A program made the translations under genes and the position numbers. From IMG/VR virus record IMGVR_UViG_3300030107_001678, positions 1 through 62,449 of that record: a stretch of 62,449 nt of DNA. One strand, given 5' to 3'. This document shows positions 38,217 to 47,113 of the stretch, in pieces; position 1 is the first letter of the stretch; each line of letters opens with the position of its first letter. Under the pieces are notes generated by a model that saw only the letters and a program-made list of their open reading frames with translations, was not told the origin of the DNA and did no database searches. Source of the DNA: a virus (Duplodnaviria; Caudoviricetes).

Positions 38217-38633
38217 ATGAGTTTATTTCATAACATAAATAGATATGCTATAGGATTTGATCATTTGATGGATCATATGGTAGCTCTGCAAAATAATGAT
38301 AACTTAACAGGTAATGATTACCCACCTTATGATATTGTTAAAGCAGGAGAAGATAAATATACTATAGAATTAGCAGTTGCTGGTTTTAAAAAGGATGAAT
38401 TAATTCTTGAAGTTAAAGATCAATACTTAACTATCAAGGGTGACTCTAATAAAAGACATTCTAATGAGGAGTATCTTCATAAGAATATAGCACGAAGATC
38501 TTTTCACAAAAGATTTTCTCTAGCAGAAAATATAGAAGTTAATGATGCTAGAATGGAGGATGGTGTATTGATTGTTAGTCTGACACATAATATACCTGAA
38601 GAACAGAAACCAAAAAGCATTACTATCCAGTAG
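38217..38633 (+). CDS. Small heat shock protein Hsp20 (IbpA-like)
   Basis: YPPYDI..IELAVAGF..YLHKNIARRSF..DGVL..IPEEQKP. Confidence 0.93.
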   Translation: MSLFHNINRYAIGFDHLMDHMVALQNNDNLTGNDYPPYDIVKAGEDKYTIELAVAGFKKDELILEVKDQYLTIKGDSNKRHSNEEYLHKNIARRSFHKRFSLAENIEVNDARMEDGVLIVSLTHNIPEEQKPKSITIQ

Positions 38634-38645
38634 TAGTGTTACGTT

Positions 38646-38680
38646 AGAGGAGTACTTAGTCAAATAGTACTCCTCTTTAT
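38646..38680 (+). terminator. Intrinsic terminator after hsp20
   Basis: AGAGGAGTACT...AGTACTCCTCT followed by TTATT. Confidence 0.6.
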
Positions 38681-38693
38681 TAATGGAGATACT

Positions 38694-39482
38694 ATGAGTA
38701 ATAAAAAGAAAAGTATAAATACAGTTTATATAGGATATGATCCTAGAGAATATGCTGCTTATGAAGTTTTAAAGTTTTCAATAGAACGCATTTCAATGGA
38801 ACCTGTTAGAGTTGTACCAATTAAGAAACCTATTGTAGAACGTATGGGATTGTATACTAGAAAACATGAAGTATTGCATGGTCAATCTTATGACGTAATA
38901 GATGGCAGACCTTTCTCAACTGATTTTTCTTTTACTCGTTTTTTAGTTCCTGCTCTTAATATGTATGAAGGTTATGCTTTATATATGGATTGTGATATGT
39001 ATGTACGTACAGATATTTCTGAATTATTTGAGATATGTAACAATAGATACTATCCTATATGGTGTGTTCATCATATGTATGAACCTAAAAAAGGTATGAA
39101 GATGGATGGTAAAGCACAAGAACCTTATCGTAGAAAGAACTGGTCAAGTCTTATGATGTTTAATTGTTCACATGATTATAATAAAAAACTAACAGTTAAA
39201 GATGTTAATACAAAATCAGGTAGATGGTTGCATGGTTTCGATTGGTTGCCAGATAAAGAAGCAGATATAGGTAGAATACCTGAAGAATGGAATTGGTTAG
39301 ATGGACATTCAGATGTTAAGTTAGAAGCAAAGAATGTACACTTTACAACAGGTGGTCCTTGGTTTAAAGATTGGGGTCCAAAGAGAGACCAAGATACTAA
39401 GTATGGTATCGAATGGGTTAATGATGCTAGATGGCTACAAATGAATGGCTTATTAGATGAGTCTAAGGATTATGTTATATGA
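38694..39482 (+). CDS. GT-A glycosyltransferase (GT8-like)
   Basis: IGYDPRE, STDFSFTRFLVP, YMDCDM (DxD), RKNWSS, HFTTGGPW. Confidence 0.82.
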   Translation: MSNKKKSINTVYIGYDPREYAAYEVLKFSIERISMEPVRVVPIKKPIVERMGLYTRKHEVLHGQSYDVIDGRPFSTDFSFTRFLVPALNMYEGYALYMDCDMYVRTDISELFEICNNRYYPIWCVHHMYEPKKGMKMDGKAQEPYRRKNWSSLMMFNCSHDYNKKLTVKDVNTKSGRWLHGFDWLPDKEADIGRIPEEWNWLDGHSDVKLEAKNVHFTTGGPWFKDWGPKRDQDTKYGIEWVNDARWLQMNGLLDESKDYVI

Positions 39483-41827
39483 CCAAAATAAATTTTGTTA
39501 CTTCATTTAATGAAGATATTTTAAAGAATGTTGGACATCATTTTTTAAAATCAATTAGCGAACATTGGGAACCTTCTTTAAGTCTTACATGTTATACACA
39601 TGATTGTTCTTTAGAAAGTTATTCTCTTCCTAAAAATAAATCTATTTCTTATAAACAATTAAATGATATAGAAGATTATAAAACTTTTAAAGAAGCTAAC
39701 ATAGGACATGATGGTACAGAGAATGGACAGGTAGCTTATAATTGGAGACTTGATGTTATTAGATGGGCACATAAAGTATATGCTTTAACAGAATATGCTT
39801 TTGAATTAGCAGAAAAATCTAAGGATGCAGGTTGGTTAATATGGATTGATGCTGATTCTTTTGCTAAGAAAAGATTAGTACCTGATGATATACTTGCTAT
39901 GCTACCTGAAGCTTGTGATGTAGCTTATGCAGGTATCAGAACAACAGATGATAATGTACAATATCTTGATACATCTTTTATGGCTTTTAATTTAAATAAA
40001 AAACCTGCTCTTGATTTACTAGGTGATTTAAGAGGTGCTTATAATTCAGGAGAGTTAATTTCTTATAGAGAATGGCATGATGGTTTTATAATAGAAAGAC
40101 TTTTAAATATATATAAAGCACATGGTATGAAGATTATATCTCTTAATGGTATATCTGATTATGTTATGCATTTTAAAGGTGTTCAAGATATAACTATGCT
40201 ACCTGTTAGAGATAGTTCTGGTAGAAGATTATTTAATTTATCTGAAGATGATACAAGTCCAGACATTATGCCTACTAGATATAAACAAATTATAGAAATT
40301 GTAGATGAATATAAACCTAAATCTTTTGTTGAAGTAGGTACATGGAATGCAGGTCGTGCTATTGAAATGGCTATGACTGCTTTTAAACACCATGATGAAA
40401 TATTTTATAAAGGTTTTGATTTATTTGAAGATGCTACTACTGAAACAGATATAGAAGAATTTAATGTTAAAGCTCATAATACTAAATCTGCAGTAGTAAA
40501 AAGATTAAAAGCATTTAAAGATAAAATGAAAAAAGAAAAGAAAGTATTTACTTTTGAAATAGTTAAAGGCAATTCTAGAAATACACTAAAGGAACACCAA
40601 AATGTAAATGCAGATTTTGCTTTAATAGGTGGTGGCAATAGTATTAAAACAGTAGCAAGTGATTACAAACATTTAAAGCATGTTCCTATTGTTATGATTG
40701 ATCATTATTTTTTAGAAGATAAAGATGGTAATCAAACTCCTGAAGAATTTCAAGGTGCAAATAAAGTATTAGATCAAATTAAAAAAGAAAAGAATAAAAA
40801 TACTAGACAATGGGTACTACCTTCAGCAGATAAAGTTCGTGGTGGTGGTCATACACATCTAGCTATTATTTTAAATGATAAAAAATTATCTAATATTCCT
40901 AAGTCCATGTTAAATGTACCTATTGTAGTTAATCCTAGAGATTGTGTATCAAAAGATTATATACGTAATAATATAAAAGAAAACATGACTTTAATAGATG
41001 AGAATAAATGGTTAGGAAAATATCTTTATCATTCAGGTAGAGCTATTATAGTTTCAGGAGGACCTTATACAAATTATGATGAATTAAAAGCTACTATTAA
41101 AAAATATAATGGTAACGCTAAAATTGTATGTGTTAAACATTCCTATTTAAATTTATTAAAACAAGGAATACAACCTTGGGCTTGTGTTGTTCTTGATCCT
41201 AGACCTATTACAGGTACAAGTACACATGGTGTAGTAAGAAAAGATTTATTTAAAGAAGTTGATTCTAAAACTAAATTTTTTGTAGCTTCCATGACTGATC
41301 CATCTGTAACTAAATATTTAAAAGAAAGAGATGCAAATGTCTGGGGATGGCACGCATTTACAGAATCATTAAGAGATCCTGAAGAACAAAAAAAAGGTAT
41401 ACAGAATAATGCAGTTAAAGTAAATGACGAATTAGGTATACCACAAGGAGCTACTCTTATAACAGGTGGTACGTGTGCTGCTATGCGAACTATAGGTATC
41501 ATGCATACTATGGGTTTTAGAGCTTTTGATTTATTTGGTTTTGATTGTAATATGGAAGAACCTACAGATGAAATGAAGAAAGAAACTACTGGTGCTGAAG
41601 ATGAAGAACCAAGACCAAAGTATTTTCAAGTAGGTGTTAAAGATAAAAGTTACTGGACAACAGGAGAACTATTAGCTATGGCTCAAGATTGTGAAAGAAC
41701 TTTTGCTGATCAAAAAATGGAAATGGATTTTACTTTTCATGGAGAGAATACATTAGTATCTTCTTTATGGGAAATAGCTCAAGAAAATAAACAACATAAA
41801 ACTTTTGAGGAAATGTTTAATGACTGA
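39479..41827 (+). CDS. Tri-domain protein: GT-A glycosyltransferase + class I methyltransferase + Maf/DUF115-like domain
   Basis: WIDAD and EWHD; VEVGTWNAG..GFDLFE; AIIVSGGP..CVVLDP..GFRAFDLFGFD. Confidence 0.7.
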   Translation: MTKINFVTSFNEDILKNVGHHFLKSISEHWEPSLSLTCYTHDCSLESYSLPKNKSISYKQLNDIEDYKTFKEANIGHDGTENGQVAYNWRLDVIRWAHKVYALTEYAFELAEKSKDAGWLIWIDADSFAKKRLVPDDILAMLPEACDVAYAGIRTTDDNVQYLDTSFMAFNLNKKPALDLLGDLRGAYNSGELISYREWHDGFIIERLLNIYKAHGMKIISLNGISDYVMHFKGVQDITMLPVRDSSGRRLFNLSEDDTSPDIMPTRYKQIIEIVDEYKPKSFVEVGTWNAGRAIEMAMTAFKHHDEIFYKGFDLFEDATTETDIEEFNVKAHNTKSAVVKRLKAFKDKMKKEKKVFTFEIVKGNSRNTLKEHQNVNADFALIGGGNSIKTVASDYKHLKHVPIVMIDHYFLEDKDGNQTPEEFQGANKVLDQIKKEKNKNTRQWVLPSADKVRGGGHTHLAIILNDKKLSNIPKSMLNVPIVVNPRDCVSKDYIRNNIKENMTLIDENKWLGKYLYHSGRAIIVSGGPYTNYDELKATIKKYNGNAKIVCVKHSYLNLLKQGIQPWACVVLDPRPITGTSTHGVVRKDLFKEVDSKTKFFVASMTDPSVTKYLKERDANVWGWHAFTESLRDPEEQKKGIQNNAVKVNDELGIPQGATLITGGTCAAMRTIGIMHTMGFRAFDLFGFDCNMEEPTDEMKKETTGAEDEEPRPKYFQVGVKDKSYWTTGELLAMAQDCERTFADQKMEMDFTFHGENTLVSSLWEIAQENKQHKTFEEMFND

Positions 41828-42506
41828 TTATGTATTACCACGAAAACCAAAACCATCTCAAGAGTATGTAGAATTACTTGATGCTTATAAAGAAATGCAT
41901 TCTGAGTCAGGTGCATTTAAAGGTATAAGTTTAGTACCTTTTATTCTTGTTATTAAAGATCTTATAAAAGAAAATAAATGTAAAACATTATTTGATTATG
42001 GTTGTGGTAAAGGTATACCTTATCATAAAGAATATTTTAAAGCTGCTGATCCTAAAAATAAATGGAAAGAATTTGATAAACCTATACAAGATGTATGGGG
42101 AATAGATGAATTTTTTCTTTACGATCCTGCTTATCCTGACCATGATAAATTACCTAATAAAAAGTATGATATAGTTTTATGTACTGATGTTCTTGAACAT
42201 ATACCTGAAGATGATTTAGACTGGGTAATAAGAGAAATACTACATCATTCAAATAATGTAGTATTTATAAATGTGTGTGCTATGAAAGCTTTAAAAACAT
42301 TTCAAAAAGGAAAACATAAAGGAAGAAATGTTCACGTCTCTCTCTTTAGTCATAATGAATGGGTAGAAAGACTAGCAAATATATGGAAAGATTTTAAACA
42401 TTTAAAAATTTATTTAGCTACAACAGGAGATCAAGGTGAAAAAAGTTTAAAAGGAGTTTGTATTAAACGCAATACAAATAACACTAAAAAACCAAAAGTA
42501 TTATGA
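41820..42506 (+). CDS. Class I SAM-dependent methyltransferase
   Basis: LFDYGCGKG, YDP, YDIVLCTDVLEHIP. Confidence 0.85.
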   Translation: MTDYVLPRKPKPSQEYVELLDAYKEMHSESGAFKGISLVPFILVIKDLIKENKCKTLFDYGCGKGIPYHKEYFKAADPKNKWKEFDKPIQDVWGIDEFFLYDPAYPDHDKLPNKKYDIVLCTDVLEHIPEDDLDWVIREILHHSNNVVFINVCAMKALKTFQKGKHKGRNVHVSLFSHNEWVERLANIWKDFKHLKIYLATTGDQGEKSLKGVCIKRNTNNTKKPKVL

Positions 42507-42606
42507 ACATTTAAAGACAGAAAGGAGTAAAGAAAATGTTCCCCTATAACGAAGACGAATGGCTGTGGTTATCAGCTAGAAAAACTTTACAAGGAGAGTT
42601 AAACAT

Positions 42607-42960
42607 ATGGCAAAGAAAATTAAAGAAACCAAAGACAATAAAAAAATTGCATACATTATTGCAGCGATTCTTTTAGGTATCATTATTCTTGGTTCTATTA
42701 TAAGTAAACCTACTAAAGAAGCAGAAGCTAATGAGGAAATAAGAAGTACACTTCCTGGTTGGTCTATAGGTTATAGATACTGGTATGATATGGATGAAGA
42801 TGAGAAAAGTAAACTAAGATTATTTAGTAAATATAAACAAAGAAATGGCAACACATTTAAAATAGGTTGGGATAGACAGACTGGTAAAGATTTAAATCAG
42901 TTTGAAACTAACATAGATGATGATGGAGTTGTATTTTTTGAACAGGAGTTTAAATTCTAA
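42607..42960 (+). CDS. Membrane-anchored beta-rich protein
   Basis: N-terminal TM; ends FEQEFKF. Confidence 0.55.
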   Translation: MAKKIKETKDNKKIAYIIAAILLGIIILGSIISKPTKEAEANEEIRSTLPGWSIGYRYWYDMDEDEKSKLRLFSKYKQRNGNTFKIGWDRQTGKDLNQFETNIDDDGVVFFEQEFKF

Positions 42961-43085
42961 TGATAAAATATATAATAGCAATTGTAGTTATTGGAGTAGT
43001 TGCATATGGTGGATGGTATTACCATACTAATCCATCAGGAGATCAAGTTATAGAAGAGATAATTAAAGAAACTGGCACAGAATAA
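42960..43085 (+). CDS. Small TM protein (41 aa)
   Basis: MIKYIIAIVVIGVVAYGGWYY...; TAATG coupling on both sides. Confidence 0.5.
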   Translation: MIKYIIAIVVIGVVAYGGWYYHTNPSGDQVIEEIIKETGTE

Positions 43086-43426
43086 TGCCAGAAGTATTTA
43101 AAGTAGCCATGCTACTTGTATGTTTTCATGGTGATTGCACACGATTTGAAAGTGCTCCTTACTCAAGAGATCTAAGTCAAGAGTTTTGTAGAAAGATGTT
43201 AGTCTATACTTTTCAAACTCAAGTTGGACCTTACTACGATAAGATTATAGACTTTGAGAAGGATTCACCTGAAGATATTAAGATAACATATGCAGGTTGT
43301 GATATTACACAACGAAGACCTGATACAGATAATGATTGGAGAATAACACCTAATGCAGATCCAGAACATATTATCCCAGATCAAAACGATCTTAGGTGGC
43401 AACAAGAAAAAGGACAAGAGCTCTAA
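43085..43426 (+). CDS. Hypothetical protein
   Basis: LLVC..C..C..GC pattern. Confidence 0.5.
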   Translation: MPEVFKVAMLLVCFHGDCTRFESAPYSRDLSQEFCRKMLVYTFQTQVGPYYDKIIDFEKDSPEDIKITYAGCDITQRRPDTDNDWRITPNADPEHIIPDQNDLRWQQEKGQEL

Positions 43427-43501
43427 TGTCTTTGTTGTTACTTTTTATTATGCTGTTATAACAGGTATAGTTGCAGGTTTATTCCATTGGATAGTTAATT
43501 A

Positions 43502-43918
43502 ATGTCACTAAACGAAAAGCAAGAACGATTTGCTCAAGCTTATATTTTACATAGGAATGCTAAAGAAGCAGCAAAAGCTGCAGGATATACAGCTAATTCA
43601 GGACAAGCTCTAGCTAATCAAGGGCATAGATTAATTCATAATGATGAAGTTAAAGAACGTATAGCAGAATTAGAAAATAATCTTGAAACAAATGTAGATG
43701 TAATATCTGAAATAGAAACACAATATACCTATGCAAAAAACAATGGGCATACAAATAGTGCTATTAAAGCATTAGAATTATTATCACGAGTAAGAGGAGC
43801 TAAGAGTGACAAAGAAATTGATATGTCACCTGAAGGTCTTGATGCTAATATAGTTGAAACATTAAAGATATTAGGTAAGAAAAAAGTTATGGAGCTTATT
43901 AAGAAATGTGGTTTTTAA
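43502..43918 (+). CDS. terS: Terminase small subunit
   Basis: LNEKQERFAQAY..NAKEAAKAAGY HTH; AIKALELL. Confidence 0.78.
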   Translation: MSLNEKQERFAQAYILHRNAKEAAKAAGYTANSGQALANQGHRLIHNDEVKERIAELENNLETNVDVISEIETQYTYAKNNGHTNSAIKALELLSRVRGAKSDKEIDMSPEGLDANIVETLKILGKKKVMELIKKCGF

Positions 43919-44497
43919 TTATTGACCAGCTAAAGGATTATCTAAAGCTCGTTGTAGCATCTCCCTTAACTTTGTTTCTAGCTCTGATAGTTTATTATCT
44001 ATTAGTTCTATTCTTCGTTGAGCATCAGACTCGATTGCTGTCCTTTTAGAATCAAATCTATCACTTGCATGATCAATCATAGTTCTTAAATCTGTTTCAG
44101 TTTGTCTAAGAGAAGTTCTTACTTCCTGATCCATGTTACGAGAACGTCTATCAGATGCTGCAACTTGATCTTGCACTTCATTAATATCTTTTCTTAAATC
44201 TATTCTTATAGTACGTGCATCATCTTGTGCTGAACCTACTAATTCTTTTACAGTACGTAATTCTGTACTTACATTATCTTCTAAAGAAATAATTCTTTCC
44301 TCTAATACATCTAGTTTTAAAGTAAAACCAGACAAATCAGGAGCCACATACTCATTTATCTTTTCCTCCATTGCTACCCACCTAGCATAACCTTCAAAGC
44401 CAGCCCATATAGCACCAGCTAAAGTTCCTAGTAATGGGAAAATTAAAAATAATCTACCACCTTTTACTTTAATACCTTGATATTCTACTTCACTCAT
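43919..44497 (-). CDS. TM-anchored coiled-coil protein
   Basis: N-terminal TM, long coiled coil, ends ALDNPLA. Confidence 0.6.
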   Translation of the reverse strand: MSEVEYQGIKVKGGRLFLIFPLLGTLAGAIWAGFEGYARWVAMEEKINEYVAPDLSGFTLKLDVLEERIISLEDNVSTELRTVKELVGSAQDDARTIRIDLRKDINEVQDQVAASDRRSRNMDQEVRTSLRQTETDLRTMIDHASDRFDSKRTAIESDAQRRIELIDNKLSELETKLREMLQRALDNPLAGQ

Positions 44498-46043
44498 ATT
44501 GCTGCTGAATCATCCTTTCCATTTGTAAGTTAGATCTAACAGAGATATAATCTCCTAGAGGATCAGACATTATTACATCATTATAAATTTCTTCTGCTTC
44601 GTACCATTGCATCTGTTGTATTATATCTTGTTGCTGATACTGTTGTATATCAGGACCAAGAGCTGTCACTAATGCTATGGTTGTTAGTTGTGCTACAGGA
44701 TCATATTGTGATTGTATTGTAGCAAGTATCTCGTTTGCTTTTTCTTGTTTCTTTTCTTGTTCTTTTGTAGTTTCTAATTTCTTTGGTTCTGTTTTCTGAT
44801 CCACTTCTTCTGCATCCATATCCTTACTCGCAACTTCCTTCTCTTGTGGTTCAGTCTCTTCTTTAGCTTCTTCTTTAATTTCTTCCATGTTATTGTCTTC
44901 AGAAACATCAGCGACCTCCTTTGTAGGTTCTTCGTTAGTTTCTTCTACAACTTCAACAGGTTCTTCTTTAATCTCCTCAATAACTTCAACAGTTTCTGTA
45001 ACAGTTTCTGTTTCTACTTCTACTGGTTCTTCTACTGGTTGTTCAATAGCAACCTCTTTAACTTCTTCTACTGTAGGCATAGATACTTCAACATCCATTC
45101 CTATATCTTGTATTTCCTCTACCATTTCCTGAACTTCTGTTATAACTTCTTCATATGATATAGTACCTTCATTATATTCTTCCATCATAGTACCCATTTC
45201 TATAGGTATATCTACTATCATCTCTTCCATAGGTTGTTCCATAGTAGGCATATCAAATGTCATAACCATATCAAACTCTTCCATCATCTCATCCATTTGA
45301 TATTGTTCTTCTGGTGTAGCAACGTCATATTGCTCTATTAATTCTACTGTTATTTGATCTTCCATTAATGCTGGTTGAACAATTTCTATCCATGTTTCTA
45401 CTGATGTTGTTATATGATTGTAATTAACTGTATATTCTACATTATCAAAAAAATAATTCTTTGCTCCACCTATTCTTATAAATACTTTATCTAAATCTCC
45501 TGCAAAATCATATGTTCCTGTATATGTTGTAGGTGTTTGATTATTTTGTAATGTAATTTGTCCTGTATCCCATTGCAGAATATTATTATTATATCCTTTT
45601 GTTTGAAAATATCCTGTGGTGTTTGCTTGTGAATGATGCATTTGTAATTCCCAATCTAAAGCACCACCATCTGATATATGAAATTCACTTATGTCTACGT
45701 ATTGATCAAATGTTGTATGTGAACTAGACGTTCCTTTACCACATGTACCTGTACCAAAGTATGCATTACAATTAGGCATACTTGCTGGACCAAGCCCACC
45801 CCAATCTTGATCCATGTCACCCTCGTACCTTGTGGCTACGACACCTGTATCTTTATGTAGTAAATCACCTGTTGTTTTGTGTTCAACAGTTGTAGTAGTT
45901 TCTGTTATTGTATCTATATGTCCTTCACCTAGATGTTCAGTCTCTATCTCTTGAGTAGATGTGTCACCTTCTGGCAACATTTGTGCATTAGATGAATAAC
46001 AACATAAGAAGAACAGAGAAGATACCAAGAGCACCTTCATCAT
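44490..46043 (-). CDS. Secreted-type protein with long acidic linker
   Basis: Signal-peptide-like start (MMKVLLVSSLFFLCC), beta domain, Glu-rich region. Confidence 0.6.
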   Translation of the reverse strand: MMKVLLVSSLFFLCCYSSNAQMLPEGDTSTQEIETEHLGEGHIDTITETTTTVEHKTTGDLLHKDTGVVATRYEGDMDQDWGGLGPASMPNCNAYFGTGTCGKGTSSSHTTFDQYVDISEFHISDGGALDWELQMHHSQANTTGYFQTKGYNNNILQWDTGQITLQNNQTPTTYTGTYDFAGDLDKVFIRIGGAKNYFFDNVEYTVNYNHITTSVETWIEIVQPALMEDQITVELIEQYDVATPEEQYQMDEMMEEFDMVMTFDMPTMEQPMEEMIVDIPIEMGTMMEEYNEGTISYEEVITEVQEMVEEIQDIGMDVEVSMPTVEEVKEVAIEQPVEEPVEVETETVTETVEVIEEIKEEPVEVVEETNEEPTKEVADVSEDNNMEEIKEEAKEETEPQEKEVASKDMDAEEVDQKTEPKKLETTKEQEKKQEKANEILATIQSQYDPVAQLTTIALVTALGPDIQQYQQQDIIQQMQWYEAEEIYNDVIMSDPLGDYISVRSNLQMERMIQQQYE

Positions 46044-46527
46044 TAATAATTTCTTCATCTTTAATAGCATTCTCTTTTAACCACTTCTCATAATCAGGTC
46101 TTTTTTCAGGGTTGTTTAACCATTCTTGTGCAGCTTCAATTCCTATCTTACCCATATATGGACAAGGTGTTCCTGCCATTTCCATAGCAGAAAATACTCT
46201 TTCGTCTTGACATAGCATGGATACTGCTGCAACCTTCATACCCATTCTATATAAAGCACGACTTAATTTTAATCTTTCACAATTTAAATCTCTTATAGAT
46301 GTACCACCTGCTATACCTAGTATTTGTGATTGAATAGCAGCAGATGCAGCAAAGCTACAGACATCTTGATTACTGTTCATAATAGAGGGAGCACTTGCAG
46401 TTGATGGAGTTCTATCAACGCTAGTTGTTCCACTAACAGTAGAGGTAGTAGATGTTACTGTATTCGTTTGTGCATAACTTTGTAATGTAAATAAAAATGC
46501 AAATATAAATAAAAAATATTTAACCAT
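45988..46527 (-). CDS. Secreted/TM Cys-containing protein
   Basis: Signal peptide from MVKYFLF; NCERLKLSR..GMKVAAVSMLCQD..GTPCP; C-terminal TM. Confidence 0.6.
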   Translation of the reverse strand: MVKYFLFIFAFLFTLQSYAQTNTVTSTTSTVSGTTSVDRTPSTASAPSIMNSNQDVCSFAASAAIQSQILGIAGGTSIRDLNCERLKLSRALYRMGMKVAAVSMLCQDERVFSAMEMAGTPCPYMGKIGIEAAQEWLNNPEKRPDYEKWLKENAIKDEEIINDEGALGIFSVLLMLLFI

Positions 46528-46855
46528 AAGCAAAACTTTCTCCACATCCACATTGTGAGGTAGCATTAGGATTATTAATTTGTAAATAACTTCCTGCTAC
46601 ATCTTTAGTAAAATCTATAATTGTACCTAATACATACATAATAGCAGTAGGATGTATGTATAATAAACCTTTATCTAATTTAATAATCTCATCTGAATTA
46701 ACATCTTCAACTTTTGAATTAACAAATTCCCATTTATAATTAAATCCTGCACAACCACCACCTTCAATAGATAACTGTACACCTAATGCTTTGTGTTCGT
46801 CTATGGTATTTGATAAGTATTCATTAGCTTCTTTAGTAATAGATACTGGTGACAT
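46520..46855 (-). CDS. iscA: HesB/IscA Fe-S cluster assembly carrier
   Basis: GGGCAGFNY...NPNATSQCGCGESF. Probable start at 46855. Confidence 0.9.
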   Translation of the reverse strand: MSPVSITKEANEYLSNTIDEHKALGVQLSIEGGGCAGFNYKWEFVNSKVEDVNSDEIIKLDKGLLYIHPTAIMYVLGTIIDFTKDVAGSYLQINNPNATSQCGCGESFAYG

Positions 46856-47112
46856 TATTGTTTCTCCATCCACCTATCTAGTTTTTCTTCTAGTCTATCA
46901 AATCTATCTAGTATTTTATTAACTTCACTATATACTTCTTTTTTTGTAGCATAGTTTGTAGCCATAAATTCTCTAGTCTTTGCATCAGACAATGCATGTT
47001 CTTTTAAATCTTCACGTAGTTTATTTATATCACTATTAGTACCACGTATCCACCATAGGAACGCACCTACTGCTAAAGTTAATATAGCATTCCATAACAT
47101 TATATCTTGCAT
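46855..47112 (-). CDS. Small TM + coiled-coil protein
   Basis: WNAILTL TM segment; RFDRLEEKLDR. Confidence 0.55.
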   Translation of the reverse strand: MQDIMLWNAILTLAVGAFLWWIRGTNSDINKLREDLKEHALSDAKTREFMATNYATKKEVYSEVNKILDRFDRLEEKLDRWMEKQ

Positions 47113-47113
47113 T

